Assembly: GCF_018977255.1 (NCBI RefSeq)
Contig: NW_024704742.1
Span: 4,900,001 to 4,964,000, forward strand
DNA: 64,000 nt
DNA from: Callorhinchus milii
Taxonomy: Eukaryota
Direction: 5' to 3'
The translations under genes were made by a program, and so were the position numbers. Position 1 is the first letter of the stretch, and each line of letters begins with the position of its first letter. Under the pieces are notes generated by a model, which ran no database searches, was not told the origin of the DNA, and worked only from the letters and a program-made list of their open reading frames with translations. Below, piece after piece: positions 39,396 through 53,500 of this stretch.

Positions 39396-41509
39396 TTTCA
39401 TTGACATTTATTCGGAGTTTAGCAGTATTTTTTAAATGAATCAAATAAGTAAGAATAAGGCGAGCGTGTTTAAATTGAAGTCACATTTTCTTAGCAAAGA
39501 TGTCTTTTCGCTGCACTACATCTTACAACGGTGTAAAAAAAACCACACACATGAATCGGTTTTAATTCAATACGCTTCCAATTAAACTATTTGAAAAGGT
39601 TATGTTACCTGTCCTTTCTGGTACAAATTGTGGTAGCGCATTCAGTAAACACTGCACATCAACCACATGCACGTGTTTTCATATCCGCAATGGGTCACAA
39701 ACGGTTCAGATGAAGGGGCTCTTCTGCCTTAGCGCAATTGCCTGAAAATATCTTTCTACAAATGTACTGCAATGCGGGAATAAAATACAAAATGATATCC
39801 TGTTTCAGCCACACTGTATATACTGTCTTTACATTTAATCAAAATACTGTAATGTTAAGTGGTGTTAAATGCAGGACAAAGAGGCAACACAACAATATTA
39901 AAAAAGGCCCATTTTCCCTCCCTCTACAGAGGTGGTGGTGGCGGCATAATTAGTATTTTTCACGTACAGGTTATAAAAGAAAACGTTACTATCAATACTT
40001 TGGAAAAGATGCAGCGGTGACAGAAATGAAAGCCATTGCATTGGGATCAAATCCTGCACAAGTTGAAAGATGTTTGAAAAAATGAAATCGCTGTTCTCCT
40101 TTGGTAGTATAATAGGAAGTTTTTATTGACTTTGTCAAAGCACGTGAAGCTACAAAATGCCCCAAATTGTAACCATTTTGCTTGCCCTAAAGTGCAACGA
40201 TTAACACATTCTACCTTTTGAAACCATAAGAGTAGATTTAAAACCAATCTTGTAATTTAGTTATTGCTTCAACCAGAGCCTGCTCTGTACGTTAACGGCT
40301 TTTTCCACCTGCCAAAACCAATTCAGTGACGTGAGTTGCTTACGAAGGTTCGTGTCTGGTTCCGAGAGTGGTTCGGCGCTTCGATAAAAGTGGCCCGGCT
40401 TTAGAAATACAACATCAAATTTCACGGGGGAAAAAAAGGAATTGAAAATGAACATGGTCTTAAAACCTGGTCCAGACTGATTTTCTTTTGATGACTTGTT
40501 CAAAATTCGGACAGGTTTATTTTCAAACGTAGAGCAGACTCTGAATGGTTTATTCTTTCTTAAAAATTGTTTTGAAAAACATGGGCTGTGGATTCTCAAA
40601 ATACCTGCTTTGTTTACAGAGCGCAACGAAACAAATACGGCCAAAAAAATAAATAATTTCAATTATTGCTTGCTCTGCACTTTCTCACCTGCGGAGAAAA
40701 ACTTTTTCAGTGACGGACTCCAAACAGCGGCCGTATCCCATCACACCGACTTTACTCAAACTCAAAAACGAAGGCTAGTATTTGTATACCATTCCCATTA
40801 GCTTTTAAATCCACCCGCGTTAAAACATTTTCACTTAAAACAACAACAAGTTTGGGATATATTCCGAATTTCTTTTTCATAAGCAACACGCGTCAGTGTA
40901 GGTATTAGTTTATGTGCAAACTCTCAAAAGACGGCTTACAGTAAGTGATGCGCACAATTTTCAGGCAGTGCGTGACTTCAATGTTTTCTCACAAAGTCAG
41001 CTAAAGAACTCTGTGCTCTTACAGTACGTTGCAGCAGCTCACACACAATGAGGAAATTCCCTGGTATCAAGTTGTATAAATAAAGCAATCTCTATGTTTC
41101 TACAGTAGGTTTGATCATGCACAACATACTACAGTTTCACCCCAAATCCACGTAGAAATGTACGCATCAACTGAATGGTGGATCGATAGCTGATGTTCAT
41201 TCAGACTTCACATTTTCTAGTGGTGTATGGCCCTAATCGGATTTAAACACAGATTTATGCTACACGTAGTGCTATTTTCTACAAGACAAAATGCACATCA
41301 AACTGTAAAGACTACTGTTGCACAAACTGCCACTGTACTTCTCACTAAATTTCTACGAGTTACCTTGTCCCATCACAAAACACGACAAAAATGGCGCCAA
41401 CAACAGAGAATTTGGAAGGCACTTTTGACTGCAGGTATGCTCCTTAAAAAGTATAAACCGTCAGTGTAAGGTGTGCTCTGTAAAGGCATGAAGTCGTCAC
41501 AAACAGTAA

Positions 41510-41574
41510 TTAGACAGTCATCCGGCACCTGGGGAAGATGGGGCCGTTGAGACCCTCAAGTCTCATCTTCCTCA
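41510..41574 (-). CDS. TMOD1: TMOD1 last coding exon
   Basis: [21 protein letters not shown], stop TAA. Confidence 0.93.
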
Positions 41575-44500
41575 CTAGAAAAAAAAAGATTATTTTTACA
41601 TCAGTTTACATTTTAAATAGAAATATTCATGAGCCACTGCAGGCACCATGTTAAACTTACACCCTCTTACCAGAATCATTTTGGCATTAATGCTTCTCTT
41701 GACCATTGGTAAATGACCCTAACTTTGAAACTTATGACAGATTCCAGACTATAACTCTGCCAATTAATGCTGAAATGCCATTTGCCTTAAACTTGTGTCC
41801 TGGATAAACCTTTTCCACTATTTAAAATATATTGTACCTTTTCTTATTAACACGTGCTTTCCTTTTTGTCAGAAATATAAAAAATGTACAAAAAATATAA
41901 AATGTACAATTTCCGAAACAGGAAGGAAATACCCCTCTCGAAATTCAAATGGGAAAACATTCAACTGTGAGCGCAATTCTCCACTGTTAAAATGACTCGT
42001 GGCCTTGAATATTTTAACCTAGCATTCTCTTTTAAATACTGTCTGGGTATACTAGCCTTAGAGGGTGTCCAGTGATGGACTGGATTAACACCCGAGTTGA
42101 AAGGGTTTAGCTATGACGAGAGTGAAAGGCTGGAGTAATGTTCCTGAGAACAGAGTAGATTAAGCGTGATTTGATTGAAGAATTGTTTAAATAATCAAAG
42201 CTATCGACAGGTTAGTAATGGATGATTCTCCGCTAAGGTAGAGAGCTCCAATACGAAGGGGCTTAGCTTTAAATCAGAACCCAGATAATTAGAACTGAGG
42301 TCAGAAACCCCTTCTTCACACAATAGAAATATTAAAGGGTACGGCCAAAGGCATTAGGAATGAAAGATCTGTCAAGACCTAACAAACCGGGGGCACAGGC
42401 TTGATGGGCTGAATGGCCTTCTTCAGCTCGGATCCATAACTCTGCATGTCCAGCGCCGTGGGACGTCCTCCTGACGTGAAAGGCGCTATACAAATGTTGT
42501 TGTTGTTGTTGCTGCAGGAATTGTGAGTAGCCAAACGGTAAAACGCAAGGGGCTTACGTTTGGTCATGGATTTTAATGACATGGCAAATAATGTGACGCA
42601 CGTAATATGGAACGGCGTTCAGTGTTGTGACAAAACCTTCTCTCCGCAACGTTGTTTGTTCGCGAGCCTCTCCCTCCTCCGTACAATGTGAAAAATCTTT
42701 CAAGATGGCTTTCTGTGTGAGGCACCTCACGTTCTAAATGATTGGTTATAAAGCTTGGTTCATAAAACAACACACTTGTTATCCACGGAGTTTGTGAAAC
42801 TGTAATAAATTTCACCTACAAAGTACACAGTCACTTGACATTACAGCACATCCCGTGAAGCACTTTTAAGACATCCTCCTGACGCGAAAGGCACTATACG
42901 AAATGTAAGGATAAGTAAAGATCAACGAATGCACAAATGGAGTGGATAAAGTGAAAAAAATAAGGAATGAAACAGAAAGAGACACTCGTGTAGGAAACAG
43001 TCCAGATTTGACATTTAGAAGCGTTTCTACAAACCAGCCTCGGTGTCGTGGTTTCACATGCCAATCATTGCAACGCCTTACATTCTCTTGCCTGCTTAAT
43101 GATGCACTGAGCGTGTGAAATTCCTTCAATGTGGATAATTCACAGGTGATTTAAAAAGCTGACACACAAAACCACGAGCGGATCAGGGGGAAAAGATTGC
43201 CCGGGGAACGGACGAGGCAATGCAGAGCGTCAAGTGGAGGGACTCCCCCAAACAGTTTTAAATCGTTGTTCGAAAAAAAGTGACACATCCAGAATGAAGC
43301 AAAATCCGTTGCGTCGGCAAAGAAGCAGCGAAAAGCAGTGGAGTACGGAGGGAGCAATAGGGAACTGCACGAGAAGGAGAGTGGTGGAGAGAGAGGAAAA
43401 AAAACAAGTCTGAACGTAGTAGAGAGGCAGTGTAAAGCACTGCAAAATTTAGTGGAGGGAGACTAGGACCAAAAAATACTATATACTGTACTTATATCTG
43501 TTGCAATTCCAAAGCTGAGTAGTTAGGCCAGGAACCATCTGCTCTGCTAATGCGAGCTGTAACAAAAATTCAATCAATGAGACCATATATAAATTGCATT
43601 ACAGTTGCTTCAGATTGCGTCTGAGGACCCCCTCTTCGGTCACCTCTCCCTGGCCTCAAGTTCCCCCGCTTGTCAGGCGCTCTGAGAACCTACCCTGCGT
43701 GGAGGGCGCTATCTCCATACAAGCTGTCGCTGTACGTTTATTACAAACCAAGGGATTTAAGCAAAAACATACTCGAATGCAGGGGGTTTTCGTGGCCCCC
43801 AAACAAACCCTAAAAGCTAAAGTCACAACACAATACTCAGCGCCTCACCTCCAAATGTCTCCGTTCGCTCCACGTAATGAGTTACATTTGCAGTGTCCGG
43901 GCAGTGACTTTTTGATCGCACGGAAAAATTAGATAAATACTTAGAAAACGCATCGAACGAAACGTTTCTGGCACTTAAGTGAATTTGGATGAGGGGTTGA
44001 CATCGGTGCGAACTTCGCCTACACGGTATCGTTCCTTAACCGTGAAACAAATTCACCCACAAAAGTGACAGTAATTTTCTGCTCCATACTTGACGTTGTG
44101 TTTGTTGCAATTTCTTTGTAACCTGCCCCCCACGATTTGGGTTTTGATTTCTTTTTTTAAAAAAAGCACAGGCGACAGGAAGGGCATATTTGATGCAGTC
44201 CTGTTAAAACTAGAACACTCTCCCTCAATCCTCAATCCCTCCGCCTTGCCCCTTCTCCCCCCCTTTTCAAATCCCCGCCTGAAAACCTTCCCCTTCGACC
44301 GTGCTTACGGCCACCTGCCCCCCACGCACCCCACGGCTCGGAGTCAGGCTCCGCCACTGTTAAGCGCTCTGAGACGCCACCCTTGCGTGGAGGGCGCTGT
44401 ACAAGTGCAAGCGGCTGTCGTTAGGACGTACGCAAGTCGGCTGCTACAACAGGGATTACTAAGAGTGCTTTTGAGATGTTTCAAGTGCAAGTTCTTTCTC

Positions 44501-47500
44501 AACGTGTGGCGTTTCATATTCAAGGTGCTTGACGTGGTCTTGGATTGCTGGAGCTTTAGGTCAGGCTCCGCTTCCGAACAGTCTAAGTCGAAGCATAGTT
44601 TTGTTGCAGAAATAAAATAAAATGCAAAACTACAAAGGCTGGAACTCGGATGTAAAACGGTGTTGCTAGAAATAAATGCACAGCGGGTTGATTAATATCT
44701 GAAAGAGAAACTTTGATTTGATATTTTTTTTTACTGACCCAGGGTCCTCCCTCGTAAGAGAGGTTTAGATTAAAAATGTCCTACCGCCCATTTGATCTCG
44801 TTTCTAACAGAATATTAACCGACAAGCTTCCCATTACAGCATCAAGTTGTTTCTGGCCTCTACCAAGGGAATCTGGTTCCTCCACACAAACAGTTTTAGT
44901 TGAATCTTTTAGAGATGCGCATTAAAAGTATTTTTTTTAAAAAAAACAACCTGCTGCATACATATTACTATGTTATCAGACCGTTCGTTCACTGCTGCTA
45001 CGAAAGCATTACGTCCATATCTCAATCCAATTTTTTAAAACTAGCAAAAGTTATTGGAAAAGCCACTTTGAATTGCACTCTATTGGTGGTAAATAGTAAA
45101 CGTGATCATTTATTAAAACTACTGAAATATTAAATTGAAAGTGCAAGGATCAATATTGCAACTAAAACGTTTACAACGTCAACGGTCCCGAACCCACTGG
45201 TCACAAATACCAATGGTGCAAATGTGTGCCTCTGCTTACCGAGATCATTATTATTCATCATTGCATTGGATGCCCGAAGCCTTGGGCCCTGTTGAGTGAA
45301 GTGATAGCCAAACTTAAGAAGTGTCGTATTTTGTTCTAACATATTAGCGATCTCCATTTCCACTTTGTTGCCCAGCTGCTGACACTGTTAAAAACAGGAG
45401 AGGAAGGAGTTACAAGACGACAAATTTCTTCTACAGCGTAGGCAATCGGCTGAGTTTTTAAGCAGTATCTACCAGGACATGTCTTTAAGACTGGCTGAGT
45501 TTGCTCTGTCCCTCAGACGACCAAATTTGAGCTTCAATTTGACCTAAACGGAAATGTTAGCTGAGATTGTGATTTGTTCATCGGTCTTCTATGTGGGAGA
45601 CTGACTCTTGGATCATCTGTTTGTCGTTGTTTTGTCGTTAAAGCGTTGGAGAGACGTAGAGAGAGAGGGAAAAAAAAACACAAGGGTTGATTTGTGTTTT
45701 CGGGGGCATATGTTAAAAGAAGGGAAGCTTACAAGAGTGCTCAACTCGTTTTCATCAGAGAAAAGGTTAAGGGGATCGTAATCCAGGCCTTGAACATGCT
45801 GAGATCCTGGTCCTCACATACAAAGCCCTCCATGGCCTCGCCCCGCTCTACCTCTGTGACCTTCTAACCCCCTACCGACCCACCCGCTCCCTCCGCTCAG
45901 CCGGCTCTGACCTGCTCCACGTCCCCCAACCCACCCGCCCCACCATTGGCGGGAGAGCCTTCATCCACTCTGCCCCCAACCTCTGGAATTCCATCCCCCA
46001 ATCACTCCGCATCGCCCCCTCCTTAGCCTCCTTCAAGTCCCCGCCTCAAGACCCTCCTCTTCGACTATGCCATCGGTCACCCCCCTTCCCTTCCCCTCCC
46101 TTCAACCCCAACCCGGGTCTGAAATGCTGTACTCTGTGCAGCGCCTTGGGACGTCCTCCCGACGTGAAAGGCGCTATACAAATGTAACCTTGTTGTTGTG
46201 TTGTTGTTGAGATACCTGGACAATGCAGATGTAAGCAGCCTATTCAACGTGGCATCATCAGTAGAACTAAGAAACACAAGACTTTTGTGTTTTAATCAAG
46301 CCTTAATCAAGAATTGAGGCCACGCCACTCAAAGCGTTAAATGCCCAAAGTCTTGGGCTTTGTTGAGTGCAGTGATAGCTAATCTGAAGAGGTGTTGTAT
46401 TTTGCTCAAACAGCGGAGATCACCAAGACACCCAACAAAAGCAGCTCATCGAGTTTTACATACCCCCAATCCTTCAAAAAGTGCTGAATTAATTCATGCT
46501 CAGAAATGGAATGAAGGTTTATAGGGATCAGTGTATATTCCATGTTTTTTTTCCGATGTTGTGATCGAGTAAATGTCTTGCGGGGAAAGCAAGCAGTGAG
46601 AACTGAATAACCCACATAGCATGGATATTCTGGAGCTCTACAGGATTATCAGAGATTCAAAATGACAACAGCCATGTTACAGCTTTGATATTACTGCTCC
46701 ATAAACAGCATCGGCATTCTAAAGGCCAATCATTTACCCACCTGTCCCGATTATCGGACCAAACTGACTACCTTAGTATTGCAAACCTATCTTCGTTTCA
46801 GCATTTTTTTTTATAAGCAGTTAAATAAAGAGCTCACAGCACTCTTCCCTTTATCTTTCATCATTGGAAAAACATACATTGCGTCTCCCCTCAGATTTCT
46901 TTTCTCCAACACACTACATGTTTCAGGAGTTGGGATATTATACAGTTCCATCAGTTCTTATAATAATAATAATAATAATAATCCTTGCATCTGATACAGC
47001 GCCTTATATCACATTGCTGAGACGTCTCAAAGTGTTTCACAGGATATACTGTAAAGTGGATTGACTGTGTATTTCGCGGGACTTGTTGGCCAGAGCACCG
47101 GTTGAAACTTCCCTTCTCTTTTCAAATAGTGCTATGGGATCTTTAACATCCACCTCTGTTTAACATTATGCTAAAAAGCAATGACACCTCCAACAACATG
47201 CCATTAAATTGCATATGCCTTAAGGGAACCTGAGTATTTTTCAGTATGTTATTTTGCAGCGCAAAACTGTAACCCACTGTTCATATCATACAGGGTGAAT
47301 ATACAGGAATATGTCACGTTAATAATGAGATATAATGAATACATCACCATTAATATTCATCTTACTTACTTGGTTGTCAATTTTAAGTTCCATCAATGAG
47401 GTATTATACTGGAGAGCTTTCACTAGTGCCATGATGCCATTACCAGTAATGAAGTTCGATTCCATGTTCAAACTCTTCAATGTTTTGTTAACCTTCAACA

Positions 47501-50500
47501 TTTCTGCAAAAGACTTCAAAAGGAGGAAGGGGCACAGTCTCAAATCAAACTTGGAAGGGATTACACTGAGGGGTAGCCATGCACCAAACACACGTTTAAC
47601 TGCCTTCGACATTGCCTTCACTAAGAGAGAAATCCCCTATAATGCTGTCCTCTGGATCCAATATCTCTGAAGCACGTACGAGGAGAGCGTGTAAAAATGA
47701 CAAGAAATGAGGGTGGAGGGGAGGCTTATAATTGGGTTGCCCTGTACTTTAATCAAAAGATTATTTGTACCTCTGTAAGGAGGCCAAATAGCAATTAAAC
47801 TACCTGTCCGCTCCCCTCCGCTCAGCAAGCTCCAGCCTGTGGACATCCCCCGCCCGGCCTGCCCCACCATCGGCGCTCAGGTCTTCAGCCTTTCTGCCCC
47901 CTACCCTTTGAAACTTCATCCCACAGTCCCTTCACCTCGCTCCCTCCCTCCCTCGCCTCCTTCAAAGCACGTCTCAAGACGCTCCTCTTCAACCGTGCCT
48001 TCCCCCACCCTCCTACTCCTTACCCCCTTGCCCTACACCCCTTCTGAGTCCAACCGCTAGCTCGGGTTTAAATCCCCGACTGTCCAGCGCCTTGGGGCAT
48101 CCTCCCGATGTGAAAGGCCCTCTACAAATGTAATTCGATGTTGTCGTTGCTGTTATTATATCTTATACAATATATATCTATGTATGTGTCTTTGAATCCT
48201 GTGTAAAAACAACTTACGACAGCCACAGGATCATTACTTCGTGTTGCGACTAGACTGAACTTCGTCACGTAGGTGTTATCCTTCAAAGCGTCTGCGTATG
48301 CTTTTAAAGTTGATACGGGAATGTTCTGAGAATCACACAGTCGTTCACGTTTTAAAACAAAATAGATTTTGCGATAAAAAAAAATTCTCGTCCCACAATT
48401 AAGAACAATGTCCTATCGCTTCTCTACGCCGATCATGAGTAAAGGCATCGTTCACTGATCAAAAGGGCTCGCACACAGGTGCTTCTTGACCTCTTGACAT
48501 GAAACAATTCCTGTCTTTAATTTTACAATGTGGTTGCTCAAACAGCGGCTCAAACTTATAATAATAATCATAATAATCCCTGCATAATCCTTCGCGACGT
48601 CTCAAAGCGCTTCACGGAATATACTGTCAAGTGAATTCACTGTATATTTTGTGGACGAAACGTGGCAGCCAATTGAGCACAACAGCGTCCCCTACAAACA
48701 GTCGTCGATTGCGTGACCAATGTTTGTTTTAAGCGATAAAGTAAATAGGACGTACTGACAGCTGACCCCGAGCCCTACTCAAAGAGGCATTTTCCACCAG
48801 CGCCTCCTGAGGGGTGGCTGTGGGGGTGGAGATGCCCTGAAACCAATATAAACACTGTCTCTGGAAGCTGCAGTGAACATGCTTTCTGGTTGCTAGTTTA
48901 CAGAGGCGTACTGACTGCTCTGTACAGCGATCGAGAGGATCTGGCACACAGGAATTACATTGTCAAACATGATCCGCAAATAATCCAGGGCAGCCTTTGA
49001 ATTGTAACTGTCGATTCAAATCACAGTCCTTCAACACTTATTAAAGTGACTCATTGCTATAAAGTAGGTGTAAGACATCAATCACAACCGCATGAAACAG
49101 TTACTGCATCTTAAAAGCCCCTGTGGGTGTATTGTATTTTTAACAGTAGCGTTTGACATTACAGGCTGCCAAGCAATTTGCTTAAATCAAAACATTCCCT
49201 GTTCGGAAATTCACCGTCTCTGCTCCCATTTCTTTACCAGCAGAAAGGATATTTTGGAAGACAGGGAGAAATCTTCTTCTCACTAACACAATCGATTCTC
49301 AAACCAAATTGAAATTCGAATAAAACCTCACTTTAGGCAATAACAAAGTATCAAAATTATTTTGTGGGTGAAAGAGGGAAATGAACTTTTTTTTTAGCAG
49401 TTAAAACAGTTAATGAATACCAGAAGTAAGGAGGCGATAGATAAGAATGCTTATCCTTTCTGTGTATTTGTTTCTTTGGAACGAGAGTAAAATTGACCTT
49501 CAGGCTTCTAGGAAATACTTTTTATTTTTAAAACACTGCTGTAGTACATCCTTGACTCAGCTGTTTTCATAGATTAGTTAAGGGAAGTGGGATAATAGGA
49601 TCTTATAATATCTATCACATGATTGACTGTAAAGTACAATGACGGTATATTTTGCAAATGAACATGCAGACAATTTGCATGCAGAAATGTCCCCCACACA
49701 GCCATGGTATGACAGAACAACCTTATTTCAGGGACTGATGGCCAGAACACTAGGAGAAATGTTCTTTCTTTGCAAATAGTGTCATGGGATCTTGAAATCC
49801 ACCTGATCATGAAGGCTCAGGCTGCGGACTTGCAACATAAAACTATCCATAATTCAAAACTATTTGGCACTAAAAAAAATAGTTTCACTCATACGATAGC
49901 TGTTGTGGAAAATTAACACAACTAAATCACACCGTCATTGCAGGGGTACACAACAAGCGTTTGAGTTACGATATGTCTGGCTCGCTGACTGTGAACGTGT
50001 GTACTTACAATGGAAGCTGAAGCTGACTATCAATAGCAAACTAGTCACCAAGCTAAACAACATTTTAGAACATATTCGATACGTATTTATATTCCAGGAG
50101 AAGATATAGATATATCAATAAGATATAGATATATATAGATATATATAGATATAGATATATCAATATATCAATAAGATATATCAATATCAATCAATATTGC
50201 AATATCTTATCAATAATAAGATATTGCAAAAGCTGCAAGTGTCTTGTCACGATTCGGTTACCTTTATATTATTAAGGTTAATCTCCTCGAGCTCAGGGTC
50301 GTTTTCCATCACTTGCTTTAAAGTCTCTTCCACGTCTGTTGAGTTCGGCAATTCATCAGGCACCGGCTTGTACTGCGTCGGTTGGATGATGCCTGTCGGA
50401 GGCAACAACAACAACAACAACAAGTTGCATTTATATAGTGCCCCTCATGCCGGGGATCATCCCGGAGGCAGACAAGCTGAGCGACAACAGCAGTTTCAAA

Positions 50501-53500
50501 ATGGTTAGATCATAATTTCAACAAGATTAGTTTGGTTAAACAAGGCCCTTGGGTCCATTCAATCTCGTCCTTCCAGACTACCCAGATTCCTGGCCTCAAT
50601 CACCCTTTCTGGTAACCTGTTCAAGTTGACAATTATTGCCCTTTCCAAACCTAAACCTGGGTCCTCTTGTTCTGCTGTTTCAGTACACCCAGTGCACAGG
50701 TGTCAGCCTGGCTCAGTTTGGTAGCACTCTCGCCTCTGAGTCAGAAGGTTGTGGGTTCAAGCCGCATGTTGGAACTTTGAACTCACAGTCTGGGTTGACA
50801 CTCTGGGGCTGTGCTTTGTTGTTGGGAGTGCCGTCCTTCAGATGAGATGTTATACTGAGGTCCTCTCTGCCTTCTCCGGTGGACATTAAAGATCCCACGG
50901 CACTATTCGAAAAGAGAAGGGAGTTTCTCCTGGCCAACAATCCCCAAACCAAACTGGTCGATCACTTCATGACTGTTGTGGAACATTGCTGTGTGCTGAT
51001 TGGCTGTCGTATTTGCCGACAAAATACGCAGTCACTACATTTTACAGTATATCCTTTGAAGCACTGCAAGACGTCCTCCTGACATAAAAGGCACTATATT
51101 AAATGCAAGGATTATTTATTTGATCCAAAAGGATTGTTCTGGTTTCAATTTCGCAATCCCATTTACAACCTTAGAAACCTCCAGGAGATCCTCTCTGAGA
51201 TGTCTCCTTTCAAGCCTGAAGAGCCCGAGCTTGTCGAATTATTACTTATGGCTCATTCCTCTAACATTGAAGGTTATCCTTATCTAGTTTTTCTCTTATC
51301 TTACTCCTCGATACTTATGATCTTCATTAGTCTCATCGGCACTATGTCTAGAGCTGTGCAATCCCCTTTATGTGAGAACCATAGTAGTTTACAGCACAGA
51401 AAAAAAAAGCAATTCGGCCGATTCAGAGCTTGAGATTATTTCTCGTTAGATGTGTATCTAGTTTCTTCTTGAAAGTCAATATAGATTCTGCCTCAACCAA
51501 CACACCTGAAGGACAATCCACATCGTAACAATTTTTTGCTCCCTTGCTAACTAGTGCCAGTGAGGAGGTCAGTGATTAATAAGCTAAATCCTATCAATTC
51601 TCTGGGTAAAAAATAAATAACCGGCGAGCTGAGGGCATCTGGGTTTTTAAAAAGATGTTTGACATCATTTTTTTAAAAATCTATTGACTGAAGATTTCGG
51701 TGACCAACAGAAGCTGTTATAATATGAATCCACACGGAAGTCATGCCCCAAACACACTAAGCCACGATGTGAAAAAATAACACTGTAAATCCAATAAAAA
51801 TGGCACAAATCGGTGCCTCTGAATGAAAGATCTGGCGTGAGACAATAATAATCCTTGCAGTTGATACAGCACGATCCAAAGCGCTTTACAGGATGCCCGC
51901 GCGTGCGTGCGTGCGTGTGTGTTGTGGATAAGTTGCACTTTACCCTTTACCGCAGGTGCTCTACACTTGCTTCTGTTCTACTCACTGTTCAGGCCTTCCT
52001 TGTTGACGATGGTGCTGCTCGCAAGAGCTTCGTAATACTGCTGGTTGCTCATCAGTGTGTGCATCCCGAGGATGGCTGCAAAGTTTAAGGAATTGAAATG
52101 AATTGAAATGAATGCAACAGAAAGCAATTGGCCCGTGGACTCTTGACGTAGAAGCAAAGTGAGGGCACTGGAATTACCCTGAAACACATACAATCATGTC
52201 AAAGCAACGTTCGCGAGGGCTGATGGCCTTTTCATGCGCCTTCAATTGCTGGAAGTGACTATTAAGTTTGCTTGCCATCAAAATAATATTTTTTTTAAAA
52301 ATGCTGCATCTCCCATGTGTCACAGGGGCTATCGCACAGTATTCTGACCCCACTATGTATAGTTCGTAGTTACCGGTTAAGTATTAAAGTTGTAAAAATA
52401 AAGATGAATGGAAGCCCCGGTGAGGAAGATTTATTTGTGTAACTGTTTAAACCATTTTTCTTTGCCAATACCTGTAGTAGTGATGAAAAAGTATTGATGG
52501 AAATCACTACCGCACCTCATTTGCGTCACTGGTTGAAGTAATGCTACGGATCACACAAACCCTCGGGTTAATATTTGGCTCCTGGTTCCTCATTGCAAAC
52601 TAAATCATTATTGTGTGGTCTGAAGTTGGTTGTCCTTTGCCCTCTCCCCGCTCTCTTCAATGAGATGGAGACAGGTGGCATTTCCAAGTACAGGAATGCA
52701 GACACCTTGTTGACATCAGTTCAATCAGAAGTGCATAAACACATCAGGATAAACGCTGTTCATCAACAGTTTTAGTTGTTTAATGAGTACAGCTGGTTAA
52801 TTGTTGGGCGCACGGTAATAATAAAATTTCAAAGCTTTGTCGCTGGGTGCATCGTTTTAGATGATTTTAGAATTTTCTTGGTGTGTCAGGTGTTTAAATT
52901 TTTATATTTTTTTAAAAAAGCCATAATTACATTCATTTCCCTCCGAGTTATTCATAAACAGTTCCGTTATTAAAGTGTACGTTGAACACCCTGAGACGAC
53001 ATATATTTTGCTGCACGCAGACAAATGGTAATGACTGTACTACTCGTGATTTCAACCCCCAAAAAAAGTACTTCGTGCAATTGTCAACAACAGCCAAGAC
53101 CTTGATCTATCCGCTGCTGGAGTTTCTGCTGAGGCAACGGCAAACTATCCCACAGTATTAGCAGAATGTGAATGATTCAGAGGCATGTAATGGAAAATTT
53201 GTCAGCTCCACAAAACTCTTTGTATAGTCATTGGCCTGATATTGACATGAGATTGCATCTGCTATAGGGGGAGCTGTTGTCAGCTGCGTTTACAATGAGT
53301 AAAAAAGTTTCACTTCAACAGAAACAAAAACAGAAGTCGCTGGGAAGACTCAGCAGGTCAGGCAGCATCTATGGAGAGAGGAAAGCGAGTCAATGTTTCG
53401 GGTCCACGACCCTTTGTCAGATCGCTCTCATGGATCGGCATCTGAACACCAAGTTTCCGCCCCGCAAAGTATACAGTCAATTCACTTTACGGTATATTCT

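Noticed and set aside
52076..52095. U12-like branch sequence TTCCTTAAAC near a TMOD1 acceptor
   Set aside because: The matching donor at 55692 is GTGAGA (U2-type), so this is not a minor intron
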